Virus record (IMG/VR): IMGVR_UViG_3300050133_000045
Span: 1 to 43,626 of that record
Source of the DNA: a virus
Length of the DNA stretch: 43,626 nt
Reading direction: 5' to 3' (one strand)
Shown here: positions 32,536 through 39,711 of the stretch, piece by piece
How the letters are laid out: every line of letters starts with the position of its first letter
Numbering within the stretch: position 1 is the first letter of the stretch
Program-made: the position numbers and the translations under genes
The notes under the pieces: generated by a model
What the model was told of the DNA's origin: nothing
Seen by the model: the letters and a program-made list of their open reading frames with translations, nothing else
Databases searched by the model: none

Positions 32536-32995
32536 TCAAAACAATATCATTGGCAAGCGCTTTGGCCGTCTGGTCGTTAAGGCAAAAACAACCCAATACA
32601 GCGGTAAAAATATAATCTATGAGTGCCTATGCGATTGCGGCAAAACTCATTATACGACAGCAAGCAGCTTAACAAGCGGCAAGGTTATAAGTTGCGGATG
32701 CTACAAAAACGAGTTATTTGATGTAACTAAGTTGCGTGGCAACGCAGGGTTTGCAGATGGCACATGTGTATCAATGCTGACAAGCAGTAATATATCTAAA
32801 CGCAATACATCAGGGACACGCGGAGTGGCATTTGACAAGTCTCGTAATCTTTGGATGGCTCAGATATATTTTAAAGGCAAGCGCTATTACCTCGGCAGAT
32901 ATGGCAATATCATTGATGCTGTAAAAGCGCGAAAGGTCGCAGAGGATGATATATTTGACGAGTTTTTGGAGCAACATAAAAAGGCCTCCGAATAA
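32525..32995 (+). CDS. AP2-domain DNA-binding protein (HNH-less homing-endonuclease-associated type)
   Basis: GKRFGRLVV...YECLCDCGK...SCGC N-terminal module. C-terminal GTRGVAFDKSRNLWMAQIYFKGKRYYLGRYGNIIDAVKARKVAE looks like an AP2 fold. Confidence 0.65.
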   Translation: MGNNQNNIIGKRFGRLVVKAKTTQYSGKNIIYECLCDCGKTHYTTASSLTSGKVISCGCYKNELFDVTKLRGNAGFADGTCVSMLTSSNISKRNTSGTRGVAFDKSRNLWMAQIYFKGKRYYLGRYGNIIDAVKARKVAEDDIFDEFLEQHKKASE

Positions 32996-33014
32996 TCGGG
33001 GGTCTTTACTTTTG
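32983..33014 (+). terminator. terminator-like hairpin ending the plus-strand island
   Basis: GGCCTCCG-aataat-CGGGGGTC (8 bp including two G-U pairs) is followed by TTTACTTTT. Confidence 0.45.
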
Positions 33015-33035
33015 GGCATAAAAAGAGGTCGTCCA

Positions 33036-33212
33036 TCACTGGGCGGCCTTTAAACATTCTGCACATTTTAGCACATGCATATCATCATCAATGTCCAAAT
33101 CTTTTTTAAATGCTGTGCACATACTCCGATCTCCGTCAAAGCAACAGCACCAATTATCAAAATATATGTCCGAGCATAGTGTGCCGTCCGGGATGTCAAC
33201 GCACAATTTCAT
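33036..33212 (-). CDS. 58-aa Cys-rich acidic peptide (below the ORF-track cutoff)
   Basis: ATG at 33212 overlaps the RHH gene stop (AATGA). Translation: MKLCVDIPDGTLCSDIYFDNWCCCFDGDRSMCTAFKKDLDIDDDMHVLKCAECLKAAQ (8 Cys). Confidence 0.5.
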   Translation of the reverse strand: MKLCVDIPDGTLCSDIYFDNWCCCFDGDRSMCTAFKKDLDIDDDMHVLKCAECLKAAQ

Positions 33213-33472
33213 TCCTTTCCATCCCCTTTCAGCCTCAGCTTTTTAATTGCCTCTTGCACCTCTTCGGACTTATATGGAGAGTTAACTTTACGCCCTTGTA
33301 GATTGCATATACGCTCGTCAATAGCTTTAATGATAAAAGTATTAAGACTCTCATCTGTGGCCTTTGCGGCGGCTTCTATCTCGGCCTTGTGGCCTATTGG
33401 GACGAATGGATATAATCGCTCATATGTTTTGTGATTGAATTTATTGTTGGCTCTTGTTCTCGCCGTTCCCAC
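33209..33472 (-). CDS. ribbon-helix-helix (Arc/CopG-like) DNA-binding protein
   Basis: ...NHKTYERLYPFVPIGHKAEIEAAAKATDESLNTFIIKAIDERI is an RHH-type pattern. The start is probably GTG at 33472 after a GAGGTGA RBS. The track ATG at 33487 lies upstream of the predicted transcription start. Confidence 0.6.
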   Translation of the reverse strand: MGTARTRANNKFNHKTYERLYPFVPIGHKAEIEAAAKATDESLNTFIIKAIDERICNLQGRKVNSPYKSEEVQEAIKKLRLKGDGKE

Positions 33473-33489
33473 AAAATCACCTCTCATCC

Positions 33490-33617
33490 ATTATATAGCA
33501 ACCGATACCATTACGCAATTGTATAAACTGCATAAATGTACTTGCGTAACTTTGTGCATGTTTTTTGAAACAAGGGCATTTTGCCCCCTTGCATGTACTC
33601 ACGCAATGGTATATATT
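33490..33617. promoter_or_regulatory. divergent promoter pair with repeated operator-like motifs
   Basis: Minus strand: TTGCGT (33518..33513)-17-TATAAT (33495..33490). Plus strand: TTGCAT (33589..33594)-17-TATATT (33612..33617). Near-repeats ATGTACTTGCGTAA (33536..33549) and ATGTACTCACGCAA (33593..33606). Confidence 0.6.
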
Positions 33618-33657
33618 TAAATCACACCGAAAAACGAATTGAAAGAAGGATTTAAAA

Positions 33658-33831
33658 ATGGTTAAGTCAGAAAGAATTGCCATGAACACAATATGGGGGT
33701 ATCTCCGTGACCATCAAGACACGCCCGAAAAGAAAGCCTTGTTTGAACTTGTATCAAGAACCATCAAATCGGATAGAGAACGGCGCAGAAAGCGCGAAAG
33801 CGTAAAAAGTAAAACAAAGCCTCCGCAATAG
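33658..33831 (+). CDS. 57-aa basic protein (below the ORF-track cutoff)
   Basis: RBS GAAAGAAGGA. Translation: MVKSERIAMNTIWGYLRDHQDTPEKKALFELVSRTIKSDRERRRKRESVKSKTKPPQ. Confidence 0.4.
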   Translation: MVKSERIAMNTIWGYLRDHQDTPEKKALFELVSRTIKSDRERRRKRESVKSKTKPPQ

Positions 33832-33912
33832 CGGCGGCCAAGCAAATACCGGCTAATAGCCCGAACAGCCGATTCGGGCCCACGCAAAATAAAATTGAAA
33901 GAGGGCTTGGAA

Positions 33913-34107
33913 ATGTATACAGAGCGCAAAAGCAAAGTTGAATTACTCCACGAACAATATGGTTGGCCTTTAAAGATTAAGGCAAGAGGATACACCGCAT
34001 ATCTGGTTGACATACAGCCGTTAGTTGAAGGCAGAGTTGCTCCTATATATCGGTTCCCTGGCGGCGATAGTTTGGTTGATAAATGCGAAATGGTATCAGC
34101 AGATTAG
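33913..34107 (+). CDS. hypothetical protein, 64 aa
   Basis: ATG at 33913 follows AGAGGG. The track start at 33895 is a TTG. Confidence 0.4.
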   Translation: MYTERKSKVELLHEQYGWPLKIKARGYTAYLVDIQPLVEGRVAPIYRFPGGDSLVDKCEMVSAD

Positions 34108-34167
34108 CCGCTCCACAGTCCCGAGCATTGGCCCTATTCCATCCCAAAATTTAAGGAGGCGTGAAAG

Positions 34168-34371
34168 ATGGTTTTACATAGAATGCTATGCGGTGGGCCT
34201 GCATACATAGAAATAGAGATCGTAAACGAAACGGCAACACATCGAGTAATTGATAATGGTGGAAAATCTCATACTACGTGGTCAATGCTTTGTGCTCATA
34301 CAAATTTTCAATCCAAACGCGCCATGTTGACATATTGCAAAGAGCACAGATATCAGACAATTCCAGATTAA
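34168..34371 (+). CDS. hypothetical protein, 67 aa
   Basis: RBS AAGGAGG, followed by the terminator at 34406. Confidence 0.5.
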   Translation: MVLHRMLCGGPAYIEIEIVNETATHRVIDNGGKSHTTWSMLCAHTNFQSKRAMLTYCKEHRYQTIPD

Positions 34372-34405
34372 TCAGCGTACCGGCGCTCAATCCGGCGAAA
34401 GGATT

Positions 34406-34431
34406 AGCCCCTCAGATCGAGGGGCTTTTTG
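34406..34431 (+). terminator. intrinsic terminator
   Basis: AGCCCCTC-agatc-GAGGGGCT is followed by TTTTT. Confidence 0.75.
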
Positions 34432-34716
34432 CTATCCTTTATTATATCTCCAAATAATTTGTTGCACCGCCGAGCGGCTGACATTTAGCGCATGGCATAT
34501 TTCAAGGTATGATGCACTTTCGTTGTGCATTTTTATAATCTTTTTGTTACGCTCGGCTTTTAACTCTTTGACTGTTGACTTGTGCAGTTTAATCTGCCGT
34601 ACTGGCTTGTGCTTGAGCTCGTACGCCATTATGTAAGCGTTAAGGTCAATCTGCTCGACGTGCCACTTTCGCCCCGTCCAGCGCATACCACATAGGGCAT
34701 GGACTAAAGCACACAT
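34432..34716 (-). CDS. small HTH protein (start uncertain)
   Basis: C-terminal ASYLEICHALNVSRSAVQQIIWRY is HTH-like. No clear RBS precedes any of the candidate starts. Confidence 0.45.
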   Translation of the reverse strand: MCALVHALCGMRWTGRKWHVEQIDLNAYIMAYELKHKPVRQIKLHKSTVKELKAERNKKIIKMHNESASYLEICHALNVSRSAVQQIIWRYNKG

Positions 34717-34749
34717 TTCAATTGGTGTTTTTCTGTTTTCGTTCGTTTT

Positions 34750-35076
34750 TCAGCCCTCCTCTATCTCTAATATTTCAAGTCCCAATTTTTCGGCAAATAT
34801 CCGCTCATGTAGGCAACCTTTTGATTTTCGCCAATTTTCACACAATATTATTCCGTCGCAGGCCATCAGCAGGCAACCGCATTTCTCCGTGGCAACGGGT
34901 TCCGGCGTGTTGGGCGGGATTGTCAGGAGCGGATTGATATAATGTATTCCCATCCTGTCGAGTTTCCGCCCAGCAATGTGAGCAAGTGACCTGTTGATGT
35001 CTGGACTACCATATGTATGGAAGGGGTGCGCAAGATAATAAAGCTTGTCCTTAGATGGTTCGTGGCTTAGTTTCAT
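34750..35076 (-). CDS. DUF4406 / nucleoside 2-deoxyribosyltransferase-like protein
   Basis: ATG at 35076 follows a GGAGGG RBS and overlaps the upstream stop. The pattern ...YYLAHPF...LLMACDGIILCENWRKSKGCLHE...A..LG+ is typical of this family as I recall it. Confidence 0.5.
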   Translation of the reverse strand: MKLSHEPSKDKLYYLAHPFHTYGSPDINRSLAHIAGRKLDRMGIHYINPLLTIPPNTPEPVATEKCGCLLMACDGIILCENWRKSKGCLHERIFAEKLGLEILEIEEG

Positions 35077-36110
35077 TGCGCCCTCCACTGCTTGTAATCA
35101 TCTGCAATAGCCACGTAAAACGGTATAAACTGCGGTATGATTTTTTGTATAAACCCACGCTCGTCAACGTCAATATCTATTATCCATCCGCCCATGTGAG
35201 CTGCTAAACCCTTGCCACGCATAAATGGAGTTTGAGCGCAGAATGTACCGGTTTGAAAACAATGAATATTGCGATAAAATATATACTCGGCCTTGTGGTA
35301 ATGCCCGATTGCTAAGATGTTGCTTTTCTCGCCTCCGGCCATTGCGTCCATGATTTTTTGAGGTTTGTAGCTTATTGCGTATGCAGAGCCGTCCCACGGG
35401 TGGCGTAGCTCCAACAAACAATTCGGCGTGAGCTTTACGATTGCGCAGTCCTGCCCCAAGTACTTCATGTCTGGGCGGCGGTCTGCTATTGTCAGCCCTA
35501 TATTGTAGCCGCATCTTTTGATAATGCTTGAATCGTGGTTGCCTATGATAAAGTGCGTTTTTATGCCGTCTATTTTTGGGTACACTCGGCATATCTCTTT
35601 TACATGGTCGTCGGCGCCCTGCGTGTAACACTCATACTGATGCCCCGGCCGCATCTGCTCACCCTCATCTATGTCGCCTGTGTGGTAAACGTGCGCTATT
35701 CCCTGCCGTTTGCACTCGTCATAAAATTGGTGCAGATATGTAAGTTGCGTGAATTTGCTGTTGATGTGAGTGTCGCCCATCAGCCCGAAGCGGATTTTCA
35801 GATTTCCTTTCCAAACTGCGCTATGTTCTGTCGGCTCAAAATTCTGCACAACTTCAATTTTGACTGGCTTTTCTATAGGTTTTTCACTTGTGCTAATTTC
35901 AACTTCCGTCTTTTCATCCCTCGCTTTCTTATTCCGTTCTGCTCGGGCCCTATTGCTGGCTCCGGTTATATTTCTGTATTTTGCGCGCCATTGTTCGGGA
36001 GTTAGCATTATCCCGTTGTATATGTTCATATCATAAGAAACTTGTTTCCAATCACGAGGACTATGCAAATTTGCTGTTTTTATTAATTCGTTTTTAATAT
36101 CCTCAGTCAT
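35073..36110 (-). CDS. calcineurin-like metallophosphoesterase
   Basis: Motifs GLMGDTH, HTGDIDEG, IIGNHD, AIGHYH. Confidence 0.8.
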   Translation of the reverse strand: MTEDIKNELIKTANLHSPRDWKQVSYDMNIYNGIMLTPEQWRAKYRNITGASNRARAERNKKARDEKTEVEISTSEKPIEKPVKIEVVQNFEPTEHSAVWKGNLKIRFGLMGDTHINSKFTQLTYLHQFYDECKRQGIAHVYHTGDIDEGEQMRPGHQYECYTQGADDHVKEICRVYPKIDGIKTHFIIGNHDSSIIKRCGYNIGLTIADRRPDMKYLGQDCAIVKLTPNCLLELRHPWDGSAYAISYKPQKIMDAMAGGEKSNILAIGHYHKAEYIFYRNIHCFQTGTFCAQTPFMRGKGLAAHMGGWIIDIDVDERGFIQKIIPQFIPFYVAIADDYKQWRAQ

Positions 36111-36271
36111 CCTCTCACCACCGTTTCTAAACTTCCGCCGTTATCCAGTATGTCCGTAACCTTTTCAAGGTCTCTGTGAGCCTCCCTAAGCGACGCGGTG
36201 TTGTACGACGCCAGCGCAATATCTACTGCGCCATATGCCTCATTGATTAGCTCTCGCACGGTTTTAGGCAT
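36107..36271 (-). CDS. hypothetical protein, 54 aa (below the ORF-track cutoff)
   Basis: ATG at 36271 follows a GGAGGT RBS. Both ends overlap neighbouring genes (ATGA at 36107..36110). Confidence 0.45.
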   Translation of the reverse strand: MPKTVRELINEAYGAVDIALASYNTASLREAHRDLEKVTDILDNGGSLETVVRG

Positions 36272-36647
36272 TTTTAATTACCTCCGGCGGCGTGGGAAGT
36301 GGGAGCCACGCGATAATTTTAGTGTGCTTATTGAGCTCCCAAAACCAGCCATCACGTGCCCATTCACTATTATATAAATACATTTCGCCAACAAAATCCC
36401 CATCTGTCGCAATTACCCGCTCCCCATATTCCGGCAGCTCTTTCTCCGCGTCCCTCCACCTCAACTGATCAAGGGCGGTGAGGATAAATTCTGAGAAATC
36501 TTTTTGAGTTTTCATATCAGGTTTCAAAATTTCTGTTAAGCTGTCATTAAGAGCATCGCCGGTTGGGATACCTTTTAAAACCTTGTCGGCTGTCAGAACC
36601 ATATTCTCAAGCATTTCTCTCGCCTTTTCCGCTGTCATTTCACTCAT
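36264..36647 (-). CDS. DUF551-domain protein
   Basis: C-terminal ...WRDAEKELPEYGERVIATDG....IIAWLPLPTPP matches the DUF551 pattern. Confidence 0.65.
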   Translation of the reverse strand: MSEMTAEKAREMLENMVLTADKVLKGIPTGDALNDSLTEILKPDMKTQKDFSEFILTALDQLRWRDAEKELPEYGERVIATDGDFVGEMYLYNSEWARDGWFWELNKHTKIIAWLPLPTPPEVIKNA

Positions 36648-36891
36648 GGCTATATCCCTCCGACCTCTTAATTAATTTTGAAATGCTGCGGATGCTATTC
36701 CCCGGTACGGTATGATTTATTACTCCAAAACGGATAAAGTCTATTGTTCTTTTTTCAATCGTGCCATTTGTTACTGCTTGACAATCCTTGTCAAAAAGAA
36801 TGATGAACTGTGATTTATCAGACTTTATAAAATTTGCTATGTACTCAACGCCTGCCAACAATAGCGATTTGAAAACTTCAATTTCACTCAT
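36640..36891 (-). CDS. hypothetical protein, 83 aa
   Basis: ATG at 36891 overlaps the upstream stop by 8 nt. Confidence 0.5.
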   Translation of the reverse strand: MSEIEVFKSLLLAGVEYIANFIKSDKSQFIILFDKDCQAVTNGTIEKRTIDFIRFGVINHTVPGNSIRSISKLIKRSEGYSHE

Positions 36892-37717
36892 TTCCCTTGC
36901 CCCTTTCCAGCGCATCGCGGGCAGTTTTAAGGTCAAAATACAAATTGCCAATTTCATGCCATGAACTATCAGCTGTAATATTGTAAAGAATTCTCACGGG
37001 GTTTTCTGGATAAATTAAGTAACTTATAAAATGCGTAGTACAAACCTTTTCGATATATTTGTTTTCTTTTTTAGAGTAGTAATCTCTAATCAGATAAACA
37101 TGTTGGTCTCGTTGAGCGGGCAACTCAATAAACGTGGGCTTGTCCTCCTGTGGTGCGCTGTGTGCGGGGTTAATCTCAATACGGATATCATCCACCGTCT
37201 GCCCTAAAGCCCGCATGTAAGCCAACGCAACGCCTTTAATGGGGTCAAAGATATCTGAGGGGGAACATGTTGCAACGCCTTTACGAAGTCCTGCGAGATA
37301 TACGGTTGTTTTGTTGCCCTCAACCCTCATGCCTTTGATGATGGTGTCTTTGGCAGGCTCTATGTAGGGTTCGAAGTCGAAGGCGGCGAAATTATCTCCG
37401 CCCAAAAAAGCATCAAAATCGAATTTACTCACTTTTTCCCCGTCCTTTCGTTCGCCGTCCATTTTTACGCCGCAGGGACAATACCAATCATCAGGGGTCG
37501 GAGTGTCCATATCAATATCTACCGGGCAAGGTATTTCGTGGTGATAAATGCACTCCCCACACCTCACAATATCCACATGATTTCTGACTATCTCGGCGGC
37601 GGTCAATATCGCTTCCATCTGCTTTAACGTGATTTTAATCGGCTTATCCTGCGTGCAAGGCCAATTGATGCTATAAATTTCTTTTGCGCACTCTGCCTGT
37701 TGCATTTTATTTTCCAT
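36884..37717 (-). CDS. hypothetical protein, 277 aa, with a Cys cluster
   Basis: ATG at 37717 follows an AAAGGAGA RBS. Cys cluster: RCGECIYHHEIPCP...WYCPCG. Confidence 0.6.
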   Translation of the reverse strand: MENKMQQAECAKEIYSINWPCTQDKPIKITLKQMEAILTAAEIVRNHVDIVRCGECIYHHEIPCPVDIDMDTPTPDDWYCPCGVKMDGERKDGEKVSKFDFDAFLGGDNFAAFDFEPYIEPAKDTIIKGMRVEGNKTTVYLAGLRKGVATCSPSDIFDPIKGVALAYMRALGQTVDDIRIEINPAHSAPQEDKPTFIELPAQRDQHVYLIRDYYSKKENKYIEKVCTTHFISYLIYPENPVRILYNITADSSWHEIGNLYFDLKTARDALERGKGNE

Positions 37718-37734
37718 TATTCTGCTATCTCCTT

Positions 37735-37902
37735 TCAAAGTTGTTTCCCGCATTTTACGCAAACCCAAATTGTATCTCTGCATAGTGCCACAAACCCCAA
37801 AGGATTAGTTTTTCTATCAATCGGTCTTTCAAATTCTCTTGGCTCGTGTTTACAAAATAATTGCGCTATGGGATTTTTAATTCTAACTTTCATTACTTGC
37901 AT
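37735..37902 (-). CDS. small zinc-ribbon-like protein (start 37902 or 37893)
   Basis: AAGGAGGGGG RBS. The sequence contains CKH....VCVKCGK. Confidence 0.45.
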   Translation of the reverse strand: MQVMKVRIKNPIAQLFCKHEPREFERPIDRKTNPLGFVALCRDTIWVCVKCGKQL

Positions 37903-38419
37903 CCCCCTCCTTGCTGTTGATGGCGGAGCGGGCACGGTGGATGAAATAATCCGGTTTCGGGTTACAATATGAAATTTTTCTGATATATACACACGCTAAA
38001 TCCAACGCCTTTGTGAGGGTGGCGTTGTCCTCCTGCAGGGCAACAATTCCCTCATCTTTCTCTTCCCATTTTTTAGAAACTGCAAGGTCAAACCGATGGA
38101 AAATGTCTTTTCGAGCGGCGACTTCCGATTTTAACTCGGCGTTTTCCTGCTCCAGCTTTTTATAATTCTCGTAGGTTGTGTCATTGGCAAGTTTAAGGGA
38201 GTGATTATAATCCTTGAGTGTGGTGAGCTCTTTTTTCATAGTCTCATATCCTGTTTTTGAGCCATCCAATAAATCAGATTTAAGAGCGGTGTTCTCCTCC
38301 TGCAGGGCGGCGATCTGCTCCAACAAGTAAGCAATGTCCGCCCAATCATCGCAATGCTCAAATGAAAATGGCTTATTCTTTTCCGCTCTCTCGCGGATTT
38401 CTTTAATTTTTTCTATCAT
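37883..38419 (-). CDS. coiled-coil protein, 178 aa
   Basis: Heptad-rich sequence (LEQIAALQEENTALKSDL..., LEQENAELKSEVAARK). Confidence 0.6.
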   Translation of the reverse strand: MIEKIKEIRERAEKNKPFSFEHCDDWADIAYLLEQIAALQEENTALKSDLLDGSKTGYETMKKELTTLKDYNHSLKLANDTTYENYKKLEQENAELKSEVAARKDIFHRFDLAVSKKWEEKDEGIVALQEDNATLTKALDLACVYIRKISYCNPKPDYFIHRARSAINSKEGDASNES

Positions 38420-38700
38420 TCTGCTTTGGCCTCCTTCTCGTTTTGAATACCCAGCACAATATACTTTTTATCAGGTTCTGCGCCCCATTTGACATGTCCT
38501 GTTCCAATATGTGGAATAACTGTACGTTCAATCATGGGGCTATCTAATCTGTACCCGTTCCTAAATTTCACACGAACACGGAGTTCAAAATATTTTTCAA
38601 ACCGGCTTGTGTAATATGGCGTAATATCTCTGTATTCCTCGCGCTTTTCACCCGACACAATCATATCAAACCATTTCTTTTTAATCGGCAGAGTTAGCAT
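38416..38700 (-). CDS. ASCH-domain protein
   Basis: LPIKKKWFDMIVSGEKREEYRD is the typical ASCH N-terminus. Confidence 0.65.
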   Translation of the reverse strand: MLTLPIKKKWFDMIVSGEKREEYRDITPYYTSRFEKYFELRVRVKFRNGYRLDSPMIERTVIPHIGTGHVKWGAEPDKKYIVLGIQNEKEAKAE

Positions 38701-39043
38701 TTCGCCCTCCTAAAAATTCTTCAATCTCAACCGTTATACACGGCCCATCATAAAATTTGTGCCTGATCTCCCCCACGTAATGGCGGCTGTCGTCCTTGAT
38801 CAGATAGCCCTTTAAACAATCCTCAATCATTTTGGCTATGTAAGCGTGATTAGAGCAATCAAGCCCATCGTTCCAGTAAAAAGTGATAGACACTGGATTT
38901 AAAAACATCTGTACTGGTATTTTCTGCTTCATCAGTTCGCTTTTTATCAGCCAGTGCCAATAGTCCTTATCTTCCTTTCGCTGTGCCCAATGTTTCCCGG
39001 CATAAATTGCGTTTAATCCAAATCGTCGGCAAAACTTAGCCAT
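38681..39043 (-). CDS. RusA-like Holliday-junction resolvase (tentative)
   Basis: 120 aa. ...GLDCSNHAYIAKMIEDCLKGYLIKDDSRHYV resembles the RusA D.DN..K...D.L.......DD core but with DCSN. Confidence 0.4.
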   Translation of the reverse strand: MAKFCRRFGLNAIYAGKHWAQRKEDKDYWHWLIKSELMKQKIPVQMFLNPVSITFYWNDGLDCSNHAYIAKMIEDCLKGYLIKDDSRHYVGEIRHKFYDGPCITVEIEEFLGGRNANSAD

Positions 39044-39069
39044 CTGATTTTTTGGGGGATAAGGTATTA

Positions 39070-39204
39070 CTATCTGTATAATTTTTCAGCCCTCCTTTGC
39101 TTCATCTTGAAAACAGGTCTAAAATGATCGTCACCACCCATGCACTCATTGCATTCATAGCATGGTTTGGCTTCTTTCAAAGCGCAAAATTCACATTTTT
39201 TCAT
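39070..39204 (-). CDS. 44-aa Cys-rich peptide (very tentative)
   Basis: ATG follows a GAGGATGA RBS. Translation: MKKCEFCALKEAKPCYECNECMGGDDHF... Confidence 0.25.
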   Translation of the reverse strand: MKKCEFCALKEAKPCYECNECMGGDDHFRPVFKMKQRRAEKLYR

Positions 39205-39219
39205 TATTCATCCTCTTCT

Positions 39220-39307
39220 CTGCCCCTGTGGGGCGCTGTACGCTCTATTAATATTAAATCGTCTAGTATCATGCTTTTAGGGTTCTCGCTCACCCACGGT
39301 CACGCTA
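39220..39307 (-). repeat. intergenic element, copy A (hairpin GCCCC-aca-GGGGC plus 14-mer CCACGGTCACGCTA)
   Basis: Shares CTGCCC..TGTGGG(G)CGCT, TTTTAGGG and the exact 14-mer with copy B. Confidence 0.7.
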
Positions 39308-39312
39308 CACGC

Positions 39313-39603
39313 TCACACAGGCATATTCTCTTTGATGTTTGACAAGAGTGCTTCAAAATTCTTTTCAATCATGTTGAACATGCCAACCGCTTCCATAAGC
39401 GTGTATGTGCTTTCTTGTACTTTACGGCGCTGCATAATCGTTACCGCTCCCTGCATGGCATTTTTTAAAGATCCATAATACCCGATAGGAGAAAACACCT
39501 GTTTGGTTTCCTCACTGTCTTTAATTTTCTGCTCTTTCATCTCGCCTAAAGTAAACTGGCGGTCATCTGCGTCTATTACATAGTTATCAAATAGCTCTAT
39601 CAT
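39313..39603 (-). CDS. hypothetical protein, 96 aa
   Basis: ORF flanked on both sides by the repeated intergenic element. Confidence 0.6.
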   Translation of the reverse strand: MIELFDNYVIDADDRQFTLGEMKEQKIKDSEETKQVFSPIGYYGSLKNAMQGAVTIMQRRKVQESTYTLMEAVGMFNMIEKNFEALLSNIKENMPV

Positions 39604-39618
39604 TGTATAACTTCTTTC

Positions 39619-39696
39619 TGCCCATGCTGTGGGCGCTTAAATTTTAGGGGAGTAGTTTGTCGCTATTTGCTCTCTAGCTCGTCCACGGTCACGCTA
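39619..39696 (-). repeat. intergenic element, copy B
   Basis: CTGCCCATGCTGTGGGCGCT at 39619..39638 and CCACGGTCACGCTA at 39683..39696. Confidence 0.7.
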
Positions 39697-39711
39697 GCGG
39701 GTTATACGGGG

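Noticed and set aside
33714-34013. 99-aa minus-strand ORF and other ORFs (33477..33689, 34025..34210) in the 33.5-34.4 kb region
   Set aside because: They overlap the promoter region or are antisense to, or out of frame with, the better-supported plus-strand small ORFs that have RBSs and a terminator. Their composition is Arg/Leu/Ser-rich.
35170-36036. ORFs 35170..35631 (-), 35535..36005 (+) and 35770..36036 (+)
   Set aside because: They are alternative frames or strands inside the metallophosphoesterase gene, whose four catalytic motifs validate the annotated frame.
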